A DNA stretch of 64,000 bases, taken from the IMG/VR virus record IMGVR_UViG_3300009790_002068, positions 1 through 64,000 of that record; one strand, 5' to 3'. The notes under the pieces were generated by a model. It was not told where the DNA came from, did no database searches, and saw only the letters and a list, made by a program, of their open reading frames with translations. Positions 1 through 8,840 of this stretch are shown one piece after another; the first letter of the stretch is position 1, and each line of letters opens with the position of its first letter. Both the position numbers and the translations under genes were made by a program. The stretch comes from a virus.

Positions 1-515
1 AACCAGGCGATAAAATTATTAGCTTGATGCCTTCTGCTGAAAGAGAAACAACATTTAAAGAACCAAACTACCAGACAGAAGCTGACAACGACAGAGTAGT
101 ACACTTAACAGCAAGTGACTCTGGCTCACACAATAATTTAGATAGAATACAGTTTGTTTCATCATTAGTAGTTAAATCATTAGAGCAATACAGCAAAGAC
201 AAAGATGCCTACTTCTATGTATTCCAAGATCAAATTTGGGGTCATAAAGACGGGTATCATCATATACCATCTACAGAGTTAAGTAAGTTTAAAAGCATAG
301 ACTTTGTAGAAGATATAGACCCTAATACTGTAGGGCCTAATAATACAGATCCAGGGCTATCCCCTATGAATATGTGGCTATCACGTCTTAATAGCATACC
401 TTATAAAGAATTCCCCGTACACGCCAGCCCTCATACATTCACTGATATAGAAGGCAAAAGCCTTTTTACTAAAGCGATCCTAGATACATTACCCGAAGTC
501 TTTTTTACTAAATAG
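1..515 (+). CDS. hypothetical protein, probably 5'-truncated by the window edge
   Basis: ORF track 24..515 starts at TTG and the frame is open upstream; no recognisable motif. Confidence 0.5.
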   Translation, partial: PGDKIISLMPSAERETTFKEPNYQTEADNDRVVHLTASDSGSHNNLDRIQFVSSLVVKSLEQYSKDKDAYFYVFQDQIWGHKDGYHHIPSTELSKFKSIDFVEDIDPNTVGPNNTDPGLSPMNMWLSRLNSIPYKEFPVHASPHTFTDIEGKSLFTKAILDTLPEVFFTK

Positions 516-534
516 TATTAAAGGAAATAGACTT

Positions 535-810
535 ATGTGGGAAATGATAGAACGAATGGCATCAGATAGACTGTGGATCTACACAGCATTAGTAGGTTCT
601 TTATTTGGATTGGCATTCTCAACTTATTTTAAAGGCACACGAATAGGACTTTGGATGTACGGCTATTTTGATAGAATAGTTGACTTTCTAGTTGAACGTT
701 GGGGCTGGACTTGGTTCAAGCAAGATGAAGACGCTTGGCGTAAAAAGTATCCTTACGTTACTAAAAAAATAGACGAACTAGAAAAACGTATTAAGAAGTT
801 GGAGAAATAA
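535..810 (+). CDS. small membrane protein with C-terminal coiled coil
   Basis: AAGGA RBS; one hydrophobic segment LWIYTALVGSLFGLAFSTYF. Confidence 0.6.
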   Translation: MWEMIERMASDRLWIYTALVGSLFGLAFSTYFKGTRIGLWMYGYFDRIVDFLVERWGWTWFKQDEDAWRKKYPYVTKKIDELEKRIKKLEK

Positions 811-811
811 T

Positions 812-1246
812 ATGGGTGAATTTGATCAACTAGGATTACAAATATCAGACTTTATAGGACCATGGATTGCTATACTAATTTCAATTAGTGCCGCTTTTTG
901 GTTTAAGGATTTTGCTATCAATATGATGCAAGGATTAAAATTTAAACTTAATCCTGCTTTCAATGAAGGCGATAGTGTTATACTAGATGGCAATGATGCT
1001 ATTATTGTTAAAATAGGTCTACGTGAAAGTGTGTTTGGCATTTACTCTGAAAAAGGGTATACATGGAGATATGTACCAAACAACAGAATTCCATTCTTAA
1101 AATTGGAAAAGATTGTGAACCCAGATTTACATTTGGATTCAACAGCTGAAAAGGGCAGACGCCTTCAAGCAATGATCGACCAAGCTCAATCAGAGCAAAT
1201 TCAAAATAATAGAAATGAAATACAAAAAATGAAGGGCAAGAAATAA
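812..1246 (+). CDS. MscS (small mechanosensitive channel)-like membrane protein
   Basis: TM helix followed by KDFAINMMQGL..FNEGDSVILDG..IVKIGLR..VPN, resembling the MscS middle beta domain. Confidence 0.55.
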   Translation: MGEFDQLGLQISDFIGPWIAILISISAAFWFKDFAINMMQGLKFKLNPAFNEGDSVILDGNDAIIVKIGLRESVFGIYSEKGYTWRYVPNNRIPFLKLEKIVNPDLHLDSTAEKGRRLQAMIDQAQSEQIQNNRNEIQKMKGKK

Positions 1247-1247
1247 C

Positions 1248-1481
1248 ATGAGTGATGGCGTAAACAAATATCAATGGTTCATTGATTTAGCAAAAGCAGT
1301 AGACAGTTGGAGAATCTTTCCAAGATTATTCATAACAACTTACATATACCTATTGTACAAAGTAGTAATTTGGTTCATGGCATTACCTACACCAAACTTT
1401 GAACAGTCAGGTTTAGTATCAATAGTAGTTGGTGCTGGAGCGGCCTGGTTTGGCCTATATGTAGGATCAGGCAAAAAATAG
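1248..1481 (+). CDS. two-TM small membrane protein (holin-like)
   Basis: two hydrophobic helices, DSWRIFPR motif, basic C-terminus. Confidence 0.45.
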   Translation: MSDGVNKYQWFIDLAKAVDSWRIFPRLFITTYIYLLYKVVIWFMALPTPNFEQSGLVSIVVGAGAAWFGLYVGSGKK

Positions 1482-1483
1482 AC

Positions 1484-1512
1484 TTGACAGATAGTCTATA
1501 ATCCATTATAAT
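1484..1512 (+). promoter_or_regulatory. sigma70-type promoter
   Basis: TTGACA-17 nt-TATAAT, perfect consensus; ATG follows 6 nt after the -10 box. Confidence 0.85.
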
Positions 1513-1518
1513 ATACAC

Positions 1519-2352
1519 ATGAATCAAGACCCGTATCAAGTCTTGGGTGTATCTCCACAAGACGATGAAGCAACAATTAAAAAAGCCTACAAGAAATTGG
1601 CGTTGAAACATCACCCTGATCGTACGGGTGGTGACGAAACAAAAATGAAAGAAATAACTGAGGCTTATAATAGAATCAAAAAAGGTGATACAGGTCCTGG
1701 TGGCTTCTATGGTGATCAGCAGTTTTGGTCATCGTCAGGAATGAGTCAAGATGATTTAGCTGACATTTTTGGAAGTTTTGGAGATATCTTTAGTAGACAT
1801 TTTGGACAAGGACCTGGAACAGCAGGACACCACCCAGATAGAAAATACCGTAATACTAACAGAAAAGGAAAAGATATTTCTTTAGATTTGCCATTAACAT
1901 TTAGAGAAATGTGGTTTGGAAGTGAACAATTAGTACAACTAAACGGTAATACATTAAGCATTAAAACACCCCCAGGAATAAGAGATGGTGCTAAAATACG
2001 TTATAGCGGACATGGACTTCCGCCAAGCCAATTAGGCACTCCGGGCGATTTAATAATCACAGTTAGAATAAAGAAAGATAATAAGTATAGTATAGACGGT
2101 AATAAAGTTATAGCCAACCAAGAGATATCTGTATGGGACGCTATACTTGGCGACGATATAGAATACACACATATCGACGATAGAGTTCTTAAAATTTCAA
2201 TTAGCCCAGGAACACAAAATGGCCAGATGTTCCGAATACCAGGATACGGTATAAATGGAGGAGATTTGATGATTAAGATACACATAAAGATCCCTGATAA
2301 CTTGACAAAGGAACAAAAATCTGCTATACTCAAGTGGAAGAATAAAAAATAA
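1519..2352 (+). CDS. dnaJ: DnaJ/CbpA-type co-chaperone lacking a Zn finger
   Basis: J domain (DPYQVLGV, HPD), G/F-rich linker, C-terminal PPG..G / GDL repeats. Confidence 0.92.
   Translation: MNQDPYQVLGVSPQDDEATIKKAYKKLALKHHPDRTGGDETKMKEITEAYNRIKKGDTGPGGFYGDQQFWSSSGMSQDDLADIFGSFGDIFSRHFGQGPGTAGHHPDRKYRNTNRKGKDISLDLPLTFREMWFGSEQLVQLNGNTLSIKTPPGIRDGAKIRYSGHGLPPSQLGTPGDLIITVRIKKDNKYSIDGNKVIANQEISVWDAILGDDIEYTHIDDRVLKISISPGTQNGQMFRIPGYGINGGDLMIKIHIKIPDNLTKEQKSAILKWKNKK
2302..2330 (+). promoter_or_regulatory. sigma70-type promoter within the dnaJ 3' end, upstream of def-clpA
   Basis: TTGACA-17 nt-TATACT with TGn extended -10. Confidence 0.6.
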
Positions 2353-2354
2353 TA

Positions 2355-2849
2355 ATGAGACTAGATCCCCAATTTTTACATACGCCTGGTAAAGTTTGTC
2401 TTTGGAACAAACTAGAAGAAGATAAAAAACGTTATCAAAGTATTAGTGCTGAAATGATACAGATAATGATAGACAACAGAGGTATAGGATTGGCGGCCAA
2501 CCAAGTAGGACTTAATTTACAAATGTTCGTTATGAAAAAACTATCGGGCGAATTTTTAACTTGTATTAATCCTAAACTAGTAAGCATAGGTAAAGACTGG
2601 CACGGTGATATACCTATGGCAACAGCAGAAGAAGGTTGTTTAAGTTATCCTGGTGTACATTATGAGATAGAGAGACCAAGAGAAGTAACTGTACAATGGA
2701 CTGACTATGCTTCTAACGATCATTCAGCTGACCTCGAAGGTATAGATGCTAGGTGTTGGTTACACGAATACGATCATTGTCAAGGAATTACATTTGATCA
2801 AAGATACAATGGAAATATAAAGGAAGAGATGTTATATGATAAAGCATAA
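2355..2849 (+). CDS. def: peptide deformylase
   Basis: GIGLAANQ, EGCLS and HEYDH motifs. Confidence 0.95.
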   Translation: MRLDPQFLHTPGKVCLWNKLEEDKKRYQSISAEMIQIMIDNRGIGLAANQVGLNLQMFVMKKLSGEFLTCINPKLVSIGKDWHGDIPMATAEEGCLSYPGVHYEIERPREVTVQWTDYASNDHSADLEGIDARCWLHEYDHCQGITFDQRYNGNIKEEMLYDKA

Positions 2850-5154
2850 CCCAGAAATGGATTTAATTTTAACAAAGGCTTATGAGTTTGCTAATAAACT
2901 TAATCACAAATACGTTACAATAGAACATTTAACATTAAGTTTAATTAACTATAAGAATTTTAAAATTATGCTTGAACAATTTGGCGTTGACCAAGAACAA
3001 CTAGCTTTAGAAATGAAGCACCATGTTGAGAAGCTACCTATTGCTTCTATGGCAGGGCCAGTAGAACCTAAAAAAACACACGGTTTAGATAGGGTATGTA
3101 ATAGAGCATTTACTCAAGTATTGTTTAGTGGTAGACAACACTTACAAACAATAGACTTATTCCATTCTATTATGGTTGAAGATCGTAGTTATTCTAGATA
3201 CTTGTTTTTAAAGTACGGAGTAACAAAAGAAGATTTAACTAACTTCTTTAACAAACATTACACAGGTGAAGACGAAGAAGAACTTCACATACAAATGGCA
3301 CACGAAACATTAGGCGAATACTGTACTAACTTAAACAGACGAGCTTCAGAGGGTAAGATAGATCCTGTTATAGGCAGAGAATCAGAGATTGAAGAAGTGT
3401 GTCAAGTATTAGCTAAAAGAAATAAATCAAACGTTTTATTAATAGGTGAACCAGGTGTAGGTAAAACAGCAATAGCTGAAGGATTAGCTTTAAGAATGAC
3501 AGAAGGACAAGTACCTGAATACTTAAAGAAAGCAAATCTATATACACTTGATGTTGGTAACTTAATCGCTGGAACAAAATACAGAGGTGAGTTTGAAGAA
3601 CGTTTAAAAGAAATCATTGCCGCGGCAAAACTATTGCCAGGTACAATCTTATTCATTGATGAAGCACATCAAATGAAGGGTGCCGGCGCCGGGGGAAACA
3701 GTGGACCAGATTTTATGCAGATGCTGAAACCAGCATTAGCAAAAGGAGAAGTAAAAGTAATTGCTTCAACAACTTGGGAAGAATATACTTCCAGCTTTGA
3801 GAAAGACAGAGCATTTATGAGAAGATTTTATAGACTAACAGTTGAAGAGCCCACACCAGAAGTAGCTAAAGAAATACTTACTGGTCTAAACAAATATTTT
3901 ATGGACTTTCATAAAGCGAAGATATTTCCAGAGGCAATCGATGCCGCTGTTGACCTTAGCGTCAGACATCAACCAGATAAAAAACTACCAGACAAAGCTA
4001 TTGACTTAATTGATAGTGCCTGTGCTAGACAACGTTTCTTAGGACACAAAAATTATAAGATTCGTAAACATAATATTATAGAAGAACTATCTAAAGCAAC
4101 TAGAATTCCTTTAGAACAACTAGACACAGAAGCAACTAAAAGTTTAGCTGATATTGATGCTCAAATTAAAACTAAATTGTACGGACAAGATCAAGTAATT
4201 GATACAGTAGTTAATAAAGTTATGGTTAGTAAAGCAGGACTAAAAAGTATTAACAAACCTATTGGTGTGTTTTTATTATTAGGACCAACAGGTTCAGGTA
4301 AAACTGAATTTGCTAAATTACTTGCTGAGAATAGCCAAGCAAAACTATTAAGATATGATATGAGTGAATACCAAGAGAAGCATACAGTCGCTAGACTTAT
4401 TGGTGCTCCTCCAGGCTATGTAGGATACGAAGATGGTAACCTAGGTGGTGGATTACTTGTAAGTGAAATAGAAAAGAATCCTCACTCTATTATATTATTT
4501 GATGAAATAGAAAAAGCACACCCTGATGTTAGTAACGTATTGTTACAACTAATGGACGAAGGATTTATTACTAGCACAAATGGTAAGAAAGCAGATGCTA
4601 GAAATACAGTTATCTTAATGACATCTAACTTAGGTGCTATGGATAATGAAATGAATAACATCGGCTTTAGCCAAGAACTTGAGAAAACAGGTGAAGAAGA
4701 TAAAGCAGTTAAAAACTTCTTTAAGCCTGAGTTTAGAAATAGACTAGATGGTGTATGTAAATTTAAACACTTAACAACCGACGTTGTTAGAAAAATTGTT
4801 GGTAAGTTTAAAGATGAGATTAATGACTTGTTATCAGAAAAAGGTCTCAAAATAGAGTTTATGGAAAAAGCAGTAACCAAATTAGCAGAGCTAGGATATG
4901 ATAAGAAAATGGGTGCTAGACCGTTAGGTAGAGTAATAGAAGATAGGATTAAAATTCCTTTATCTAAAAAGATTTTGTTTGAAAATATTCCTGAGAACTC
5001 GTTAATTACTATTGATTATATCAAGGATGAGTTTGATATTTCTATTAACAAAAATAATGAGATTAGCAATGAAGACTTACAAGCCGAACCTGATGCCGGG
5101 GTCGATGGATCCGGTCTTATCGTATTGGATCAATTTAAACCCCAGCCTAACTAG
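2836..5154 (+). CDS. clpA: ATP-dependent Clp protease ATPase subunit, ClpA-like
   Basis: Clp N domain; two AAA+ modules (GEPGVGKT, GPTGSGKT); IGF loop; no ClpB middle domain. Confidence 0.92.
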   Translation: MIKHNPEMDLILTKAYEFANKLNHKYVTIEHLTLSLINYKNFKIMLEQFGVDQEQLALEMKHHVEKLPIASMAGPVEPKKTHGLDRVCNRAFTQVLFSGRQHLQTIDLFHSIMVEDRSYSRYLFLKYGVTKEDLTNFFNKHYTGEDEEELHIQMAHETLGEYCTNLNRRASEGKIDPVIGRESEIEEVCQVLAKRNKSNVLLIGEPGVGKTAIAEGLALRMTEGQVPEYLKKANLYTLDVGNLIAGTKYRGEFEERLKEIIAAAKLLPGTILFIDEAHQMKGAGAGGNSGPDFMQMLKPALAKGEVKVIASTTWEEYTSSFEKDRAFMRRFYRLTVEEPTPEVAKEILTGLNKYFMDFHKAKIFPEAIDAAVDLSVRHQPDKKLPDKAIDLIDSACARQRFLGHKNYKIRKHNIIEELSKATRIPLEQLDTEATKSLADIDAQIKTKLYGQDQVIDTVVNKVMVSKAGLKSINKPIGVFLLLGPTGSGKTEFAKLLAENSQAKLLRYDMSEYQEKHTVARLIGAPPGYVGYEDGNLGGGLLVSEIEKNPHSIILFDEIEKAHPDVSNVLLQLMDEGFITSTNGKKADARNTVILMTSNLGAMDNEMNNIGFSQELEKTGEEDKAVKNFFKPEFRNRLDGVCKFKHLTTDVVRKIVGKFKDEINDLLSEKGLKIEFMEKAVTKLAELGYDKKMGARPLGRVIEDRIKIPLSKKILFENIPENSLITIDYIKDEFDISINKNNEISNEDLQAEPDAGVDGSGLIVLDQFKPQPN

Positions 5155-5863
5155 ATTTTCAGCTAGAACAGTTATAGCTGATAAAAAGTTCTACAGTAAA
5201 TATCCAATTCGTATACGTTTTTATCCTGTACATCATTGGCGTTGGTTCTGGTCTAGACGTAATGACTGTACAACAACTTGGAAATACTTCCTAAAAACAC
5301 TTACTGATTACGATAAGAAGATACTCAAAAAGTTCTTTGAAGTAAATCATTATAGTAAAACTGGATACGGAAGTATAAACAACAAAGAGTATAGGGACAC
5401 TTATAAGTTAATACAATGGACAAACACTTTGGGTTCTCCAAAACTTCGTGTTGAAGGCAGAACATTAGATTTATATACTACCGAACCAACCATGTTTACC
5501 AAAATACTTAAAGTATCAAACCTAGTTCATGAAATATCATTAGTCAATCCTGCTCTTAAAACAGATGAAATAGAATGTTCCAAATTACCACTTGACAAAT
5601 ACAAATATCGTGTTATACTAAAAGAGGGTCGTGTGAACGAAAACTTACTACAGGTTTTACAGGACTTTAATAACGAGGGAATTATTAAGATTACCAAAAG
5701 AAGACTAGGTGATATTAAGACTTACCACAACAGTTATGGTGATTGGTTCTACGTTGGAACTGAACACGATTTAACATTAATAAATCTATCCTTTGGGGAC
5801 AAGATTCAAAGGGTACTAGAATATGTAGTTAGGAGAGATGATGAAGCAAGAACAATGGAATAA
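5105..5863 (+). CDS. hypothetical phage protein
   Basis: long ORF; ATG 5105 preferred over the TTG at 5012 deep inside clpA. Confidence 0.55.
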   Translation: MDPVLSYWINLNPSLTRFSARTVIADKKFYSKYPIRIRFYPVHHWRWFWSRRNDCTTTWKYFLKTLTDYDKKILKKFFEVNHYSKTGYGSINNKEYRDTYKLIQWTNTLGSPKLRVEGRTLDLYTTEPTMFTKILKVSNLVHEISLVNPALKTDEIECSKLPLDKYKYRVILKEGRVNENLLQVLQDFNNEGIIKITKRRLGDIKTYHNSYGDWFYVGTEHDLTLINLSFGDKIQRVLEYVVRRDDEARTME

Positions 5864-6107
5864 ATTTTTAGATAAGAATATAATTAGCCCAGGTGCTAGA
5901 GTATATGCTGAAGTTGAAACTTTTGGTATTGGAGGCGATCGAATTAAAGTAATGAAAGAATTAAGCGTAATTAACGTTAATCGCGGTGGCGGGATAGGTC
6001 ATTTTGTAAGAGATCATAGAGAAAATTACACATTTAACTATGAAACAGTACAACAAGTAGATAGTATGACGCCAGAACGATTAGCTAAAGCATACAACAT
6101 TAAATAA
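5838..6107 (+). CDS. hypothetical protein
   Basis: AGGAG RBS; overlaps the upstream stop. Confidence 0.65.
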   Translation: MMKQEQWNKFLDKNIISPGARVYAEVETFGIGGDRIKVMKELSVINVNRGGGIGHFVRDHRENYTFNYETVQQVDSMTPERLAKAYNIK

Positions 6108-6139
6108 ATACATTGTATAATAAGGAATAGGACAAAGAT

Positions 6140-6535
6140 ATGCCAGCAACAGCAACAACACTAATAGCTTCTACAACACATGGTACAGCCACAGGCAACT
6201 ATGATGGTAGTTCTATTGATTTCCAAAGTGATTCAGCTAAAGGCGACGGTTACTATGGATATAGCGACGGTTTACATACAGTTAGTTGGCAAGTAACATC
6301 ATTTGTTGGAGATATAACAATCCAAGCAAGTCTAGTAGAAACACCTACAAGTACTGATTGGTTTGATGTAGCAATGACTGATTCAGCTGGTACAACGTAC
6401 ACTAGCCCATATGATGGCAGTACGGCTCAAACAGCTCACGTGGCATATAACTTTACAGGTAACTTTGTTAACGTAAGAGCTTCTGTTAAAAACTTTACAG
6501 CAGGAACTATTAACAAATTGAGGTTTAATTACTAA
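6140..6535 (+). CDS. putative virion structural protein
   Basis: TAAATAAATA late-promoter motif at 6101-6110; T/S/G-rich beta-type composition. Confidence 0.55.
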   Translation: MPATATTLIASTTHGTATGNYDGSSIDFQSDSAKGDGYYGYSDGLHTVSWQVTSFVGDITIQASLVETPTSTDWFDVAMTDSAGTTYTSPYDGSTAQTAHVAYNFTGNFVNVRASVKNFTAGTINKLRFNY

Positions 6536-6786
6536 TGGTAAATTGGATTAAATTAGATTTAGGACACGAACCTACAGTACAAGAACAAAGAATCTTTGCT
6601 GGTGCTATTGCTATGGTACTAGGTAAAGACTTAATTGAAAGCACAGACGATTGGTACATTGATGTACTAAAAGATAATGCTTTAGGTTGTACTTTTAAAA
6701 CAGCTCTTACAGATGAACAAGGCAATAGATTAGCTAACGTTCTAAGTAAAACTATTCCAGATCATACACTAGAAATATCAAAATAA
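6535..6786 (+). CDS. hypothetical protein
   Basis: coupled TAATG start. Confidence 0.6.
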   Translation: MVNWIKLDLGHEPTVQEQRIFAGAIAMVLGKDLIESTDDWYIDVLKDNALGCTFKTALTDEQGNRLANVLSKTIPDHTLEISK

Positions 6787-6798
6787 TTAGGTAACTCA

Positions 6799-7500
6799 AT
6801 GTTCACAGACGAACAAGCACAAAGAATCCAAGATTCATTTTTGTCTATATGTACACCTTGTTATGGTGGACAAATCACAGAAAAACATTATGTAAGTATG
6901 ATTTCATACACTATTGCTTGTATGAAAAACAATATGAAGTTTAGTATTGAAACAATGGCTAATGAAAGCCTTGTTACAAGAGCTAGGAATAATCTAGTAG
7001 CTAAAACAATGTTAAACCCTAAAGCAACTCATTTAATGTTTGTAGATGCTGACGTAGGCTTTGATGCTGAATCTATATATAAACTTATAGCACACGACAA
7101 AGACGTTGTTGGTGGTATATATCCTAAAAAAACATTTGAGCCTGAGTATGTTTTTAACCCTACAAAAGGTGCTGAACGTAATGGTAGTTTATTAGAAGTA
7201 GATGATATAGGAACAGGATTTTTACTAATCAAACGTAGTGTATTTGATACTATGATGAGCAAGTTTCCTAATTTAAAGTATAATAACAGTTTAAACCTAG
7301 AACCAGAATCAGAAAAGTTTATGTATGCTCTATTTGATACAAGTATTGACAAAGCAGGCAACTATTTAAGCGAAGACTATACGTTCTGTGATAGATGGAG
7401 AAACCTAGGCGGAAAGATATATGCTGATACATCAATTCAACTTACACATACAGGGTACTACCCATTCACGGGCGACATCACTCTACTCCAAAACAACTAA
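6799..7500 (+). CDS. GT-A fold glycosyltransferase-like protein
   Basis: ICTPCYGG, ESLVTRARN, FVDAD (DxD), GTGFLLI and SEDYTFC motifs. Confidence 0.75.
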   Translation: MFTDEQAQRIQDSFLSICTPCYGGQITEKHYVSMISYTIACMKNNMKFSIETMANESLVTRARNNLVAKTMLNPKATHLMFVDADVGFDAESIYKLIAHDKDVVGGIYPKKTFEPEYVFNPTKGAERNGSLLEVDDIGTGFLLIKRSVFDTMMSKFPNLKYNNSLNLEPESEKFMYALFDTSIDKAGNYLSEDYTFCDRWRNLGGKIYADTSIQLTHTGYYPFTGDITLLQNN

Positions 7501-7526
7501 ATACATACATATAATGGAGAATATGT

Positions 7527-8840
7527 ATGGCTAACAACATTGTGGCGATCTATGCGGGGAGATTTCACCCGTTTCACAAAGGACATAAGGCAGTATACGA
7601 CAGTTTAGTCGGTAAATTTGGTGCTGACAAAGTGTTCATCGCTACTAGTGGAAAGCAAAACGACACAGATAGTCCTTTTAGCTTTAAAGAAAAAGCGGCC
7701 ATGATGATGCTTACAGGAGTTCCTGGAAAAGCTATTAGTCAAGAAACATCTCCATATAAGCCTGAGAATATACTTAAAAAGTTTTCAACAGATACAGCGG
7801 TTGTGTTTGCTGTAGGAAAAAAGGATATGGACGAGAGTCCAAGATTTAAGCCTGGTCTCAAAAAAGATGGGTCACCTACATATTACCAAACATTAGATGG
7901 TAAGAAAGTAGCTGACTTAGAAGGATACGAAAAGCACGGATATTTGATTGTAGCACCTACAGTAAAATTTACAGTACTAGGTGAGCCTGCTACTTCGGCC
8001 AGCGAACTAAGAGCAAGATATGGAAAACTAGACGACGAACAACGTGGTAAATTTATAGAAGATTTGTTTGGTAGTTATAATGATGTAATTCAGAAAGTTT
8101 TGGATACACGTCTAGGTGAAGTAACAGAAGCAACACAAAAACCATATGTATCTATGTATAGAGATAACAAAAACAAAATGGTTTATGATGTATTAGATAA
8201 ACACGGCAATTCAGCATTTAAATCTTATGATGAACGTGAAGCAACAGAATACTTCAAAAAGAATTATAAAAAAATGAGAGAAGCATATCCATATAAGCCT
8301 AAGATGCCTGAATTTGGTAATAGAGTATACGGTGGCGACAAAGGAATTATAGTAAAACAAATTAAACGTTTAGTTGAAGTAATTAAAGACTTAGGCGAGC
8401 TACAAAAGAACGGTAGTGTTGATACAGAAACTATGTCTATTATATTATCACAACTAGAACAAATTGGCGACTACTTAAAAGATACACCAGTTGAAGAGTC
8501 ATTTAGAAAGATGATGGAATCGTTATACAACTTAAACAAACAAGATCCTATGGATAGTGAAATTATAATTCAAGGATTAGGTAGAATGACTTTACAACAA
8601 GCCGTAAGAAGAGTAAAAGAATATGCTGATGAAATATCAGCAGTAGCATCAAAAGAGCCATGGATACATCAAAATAAACTAACACATCATATTGATATGT
8701 TGGGCCATTACAATAAAGCTGTTCAAGATGCTTATAAAGATTTAGCAAAGATTCGTAAAAAAGGCGGAACAAGAAGCAAAGGCATTGATCCTGATTTAAG
8801 TGAAGCAGTAACATTTGATACCGTTGAAGGCATTAAGTAA
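7527..8840 (+). CDS. HxGH nucleotidyltransferase (cytidylyltransferase/NMNAT-like) domain plus low-complexity extensions
   Basis: AGRFHPFHKGH, SPFSFKEK, SASELR; TAAATA at 7498. Confidence 0.75.
   Translation: MANNIVAIYAGRFHPFHKGHKAVYDSLVGKFGADKVFIATSGKQNDTDSPFSFKEKAAMMMLTGVPGKAISQETSPYKPENILKKFSTDTAVVFAVGKKDMDESPRFKPGLKKDGSPTYYQTLDGKKVADLEGYEKHGYLIVAPTVKFTVLGEPATSASELRARYGKLDDEQRGKFIEDLFGSYNDVIQKVLDTRLGEVTEATQKPYVSMYRDNKNKMVYDVLDKHGNSAFKSYDEREATEYFKKNYKKMREAYPYKPKMPEFGNRVYGGDKGIIVKQIKRLVEVIKDLGELQKNGSVDTETMSIILSQLEQIGDYLKDTPVEESFRKMMESLYNLNKQDPMDSEIIIQGLGRMTLQQAVRRVKEYADEISAVASKEPWIHQNKLTHHIDMLGHYNKAVQDAYKDLAKIRKKGGTRSKGIDPDLSEAVTFDTVEGIK

Noticed and set aside
5592-5619. TTGACA-16 nt-TATACT inside ORF 5105-5863
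   Set aside because: Intragenic and over 200 nt from the next start; it may be real but cannot be told from chance in AT-rich DNA
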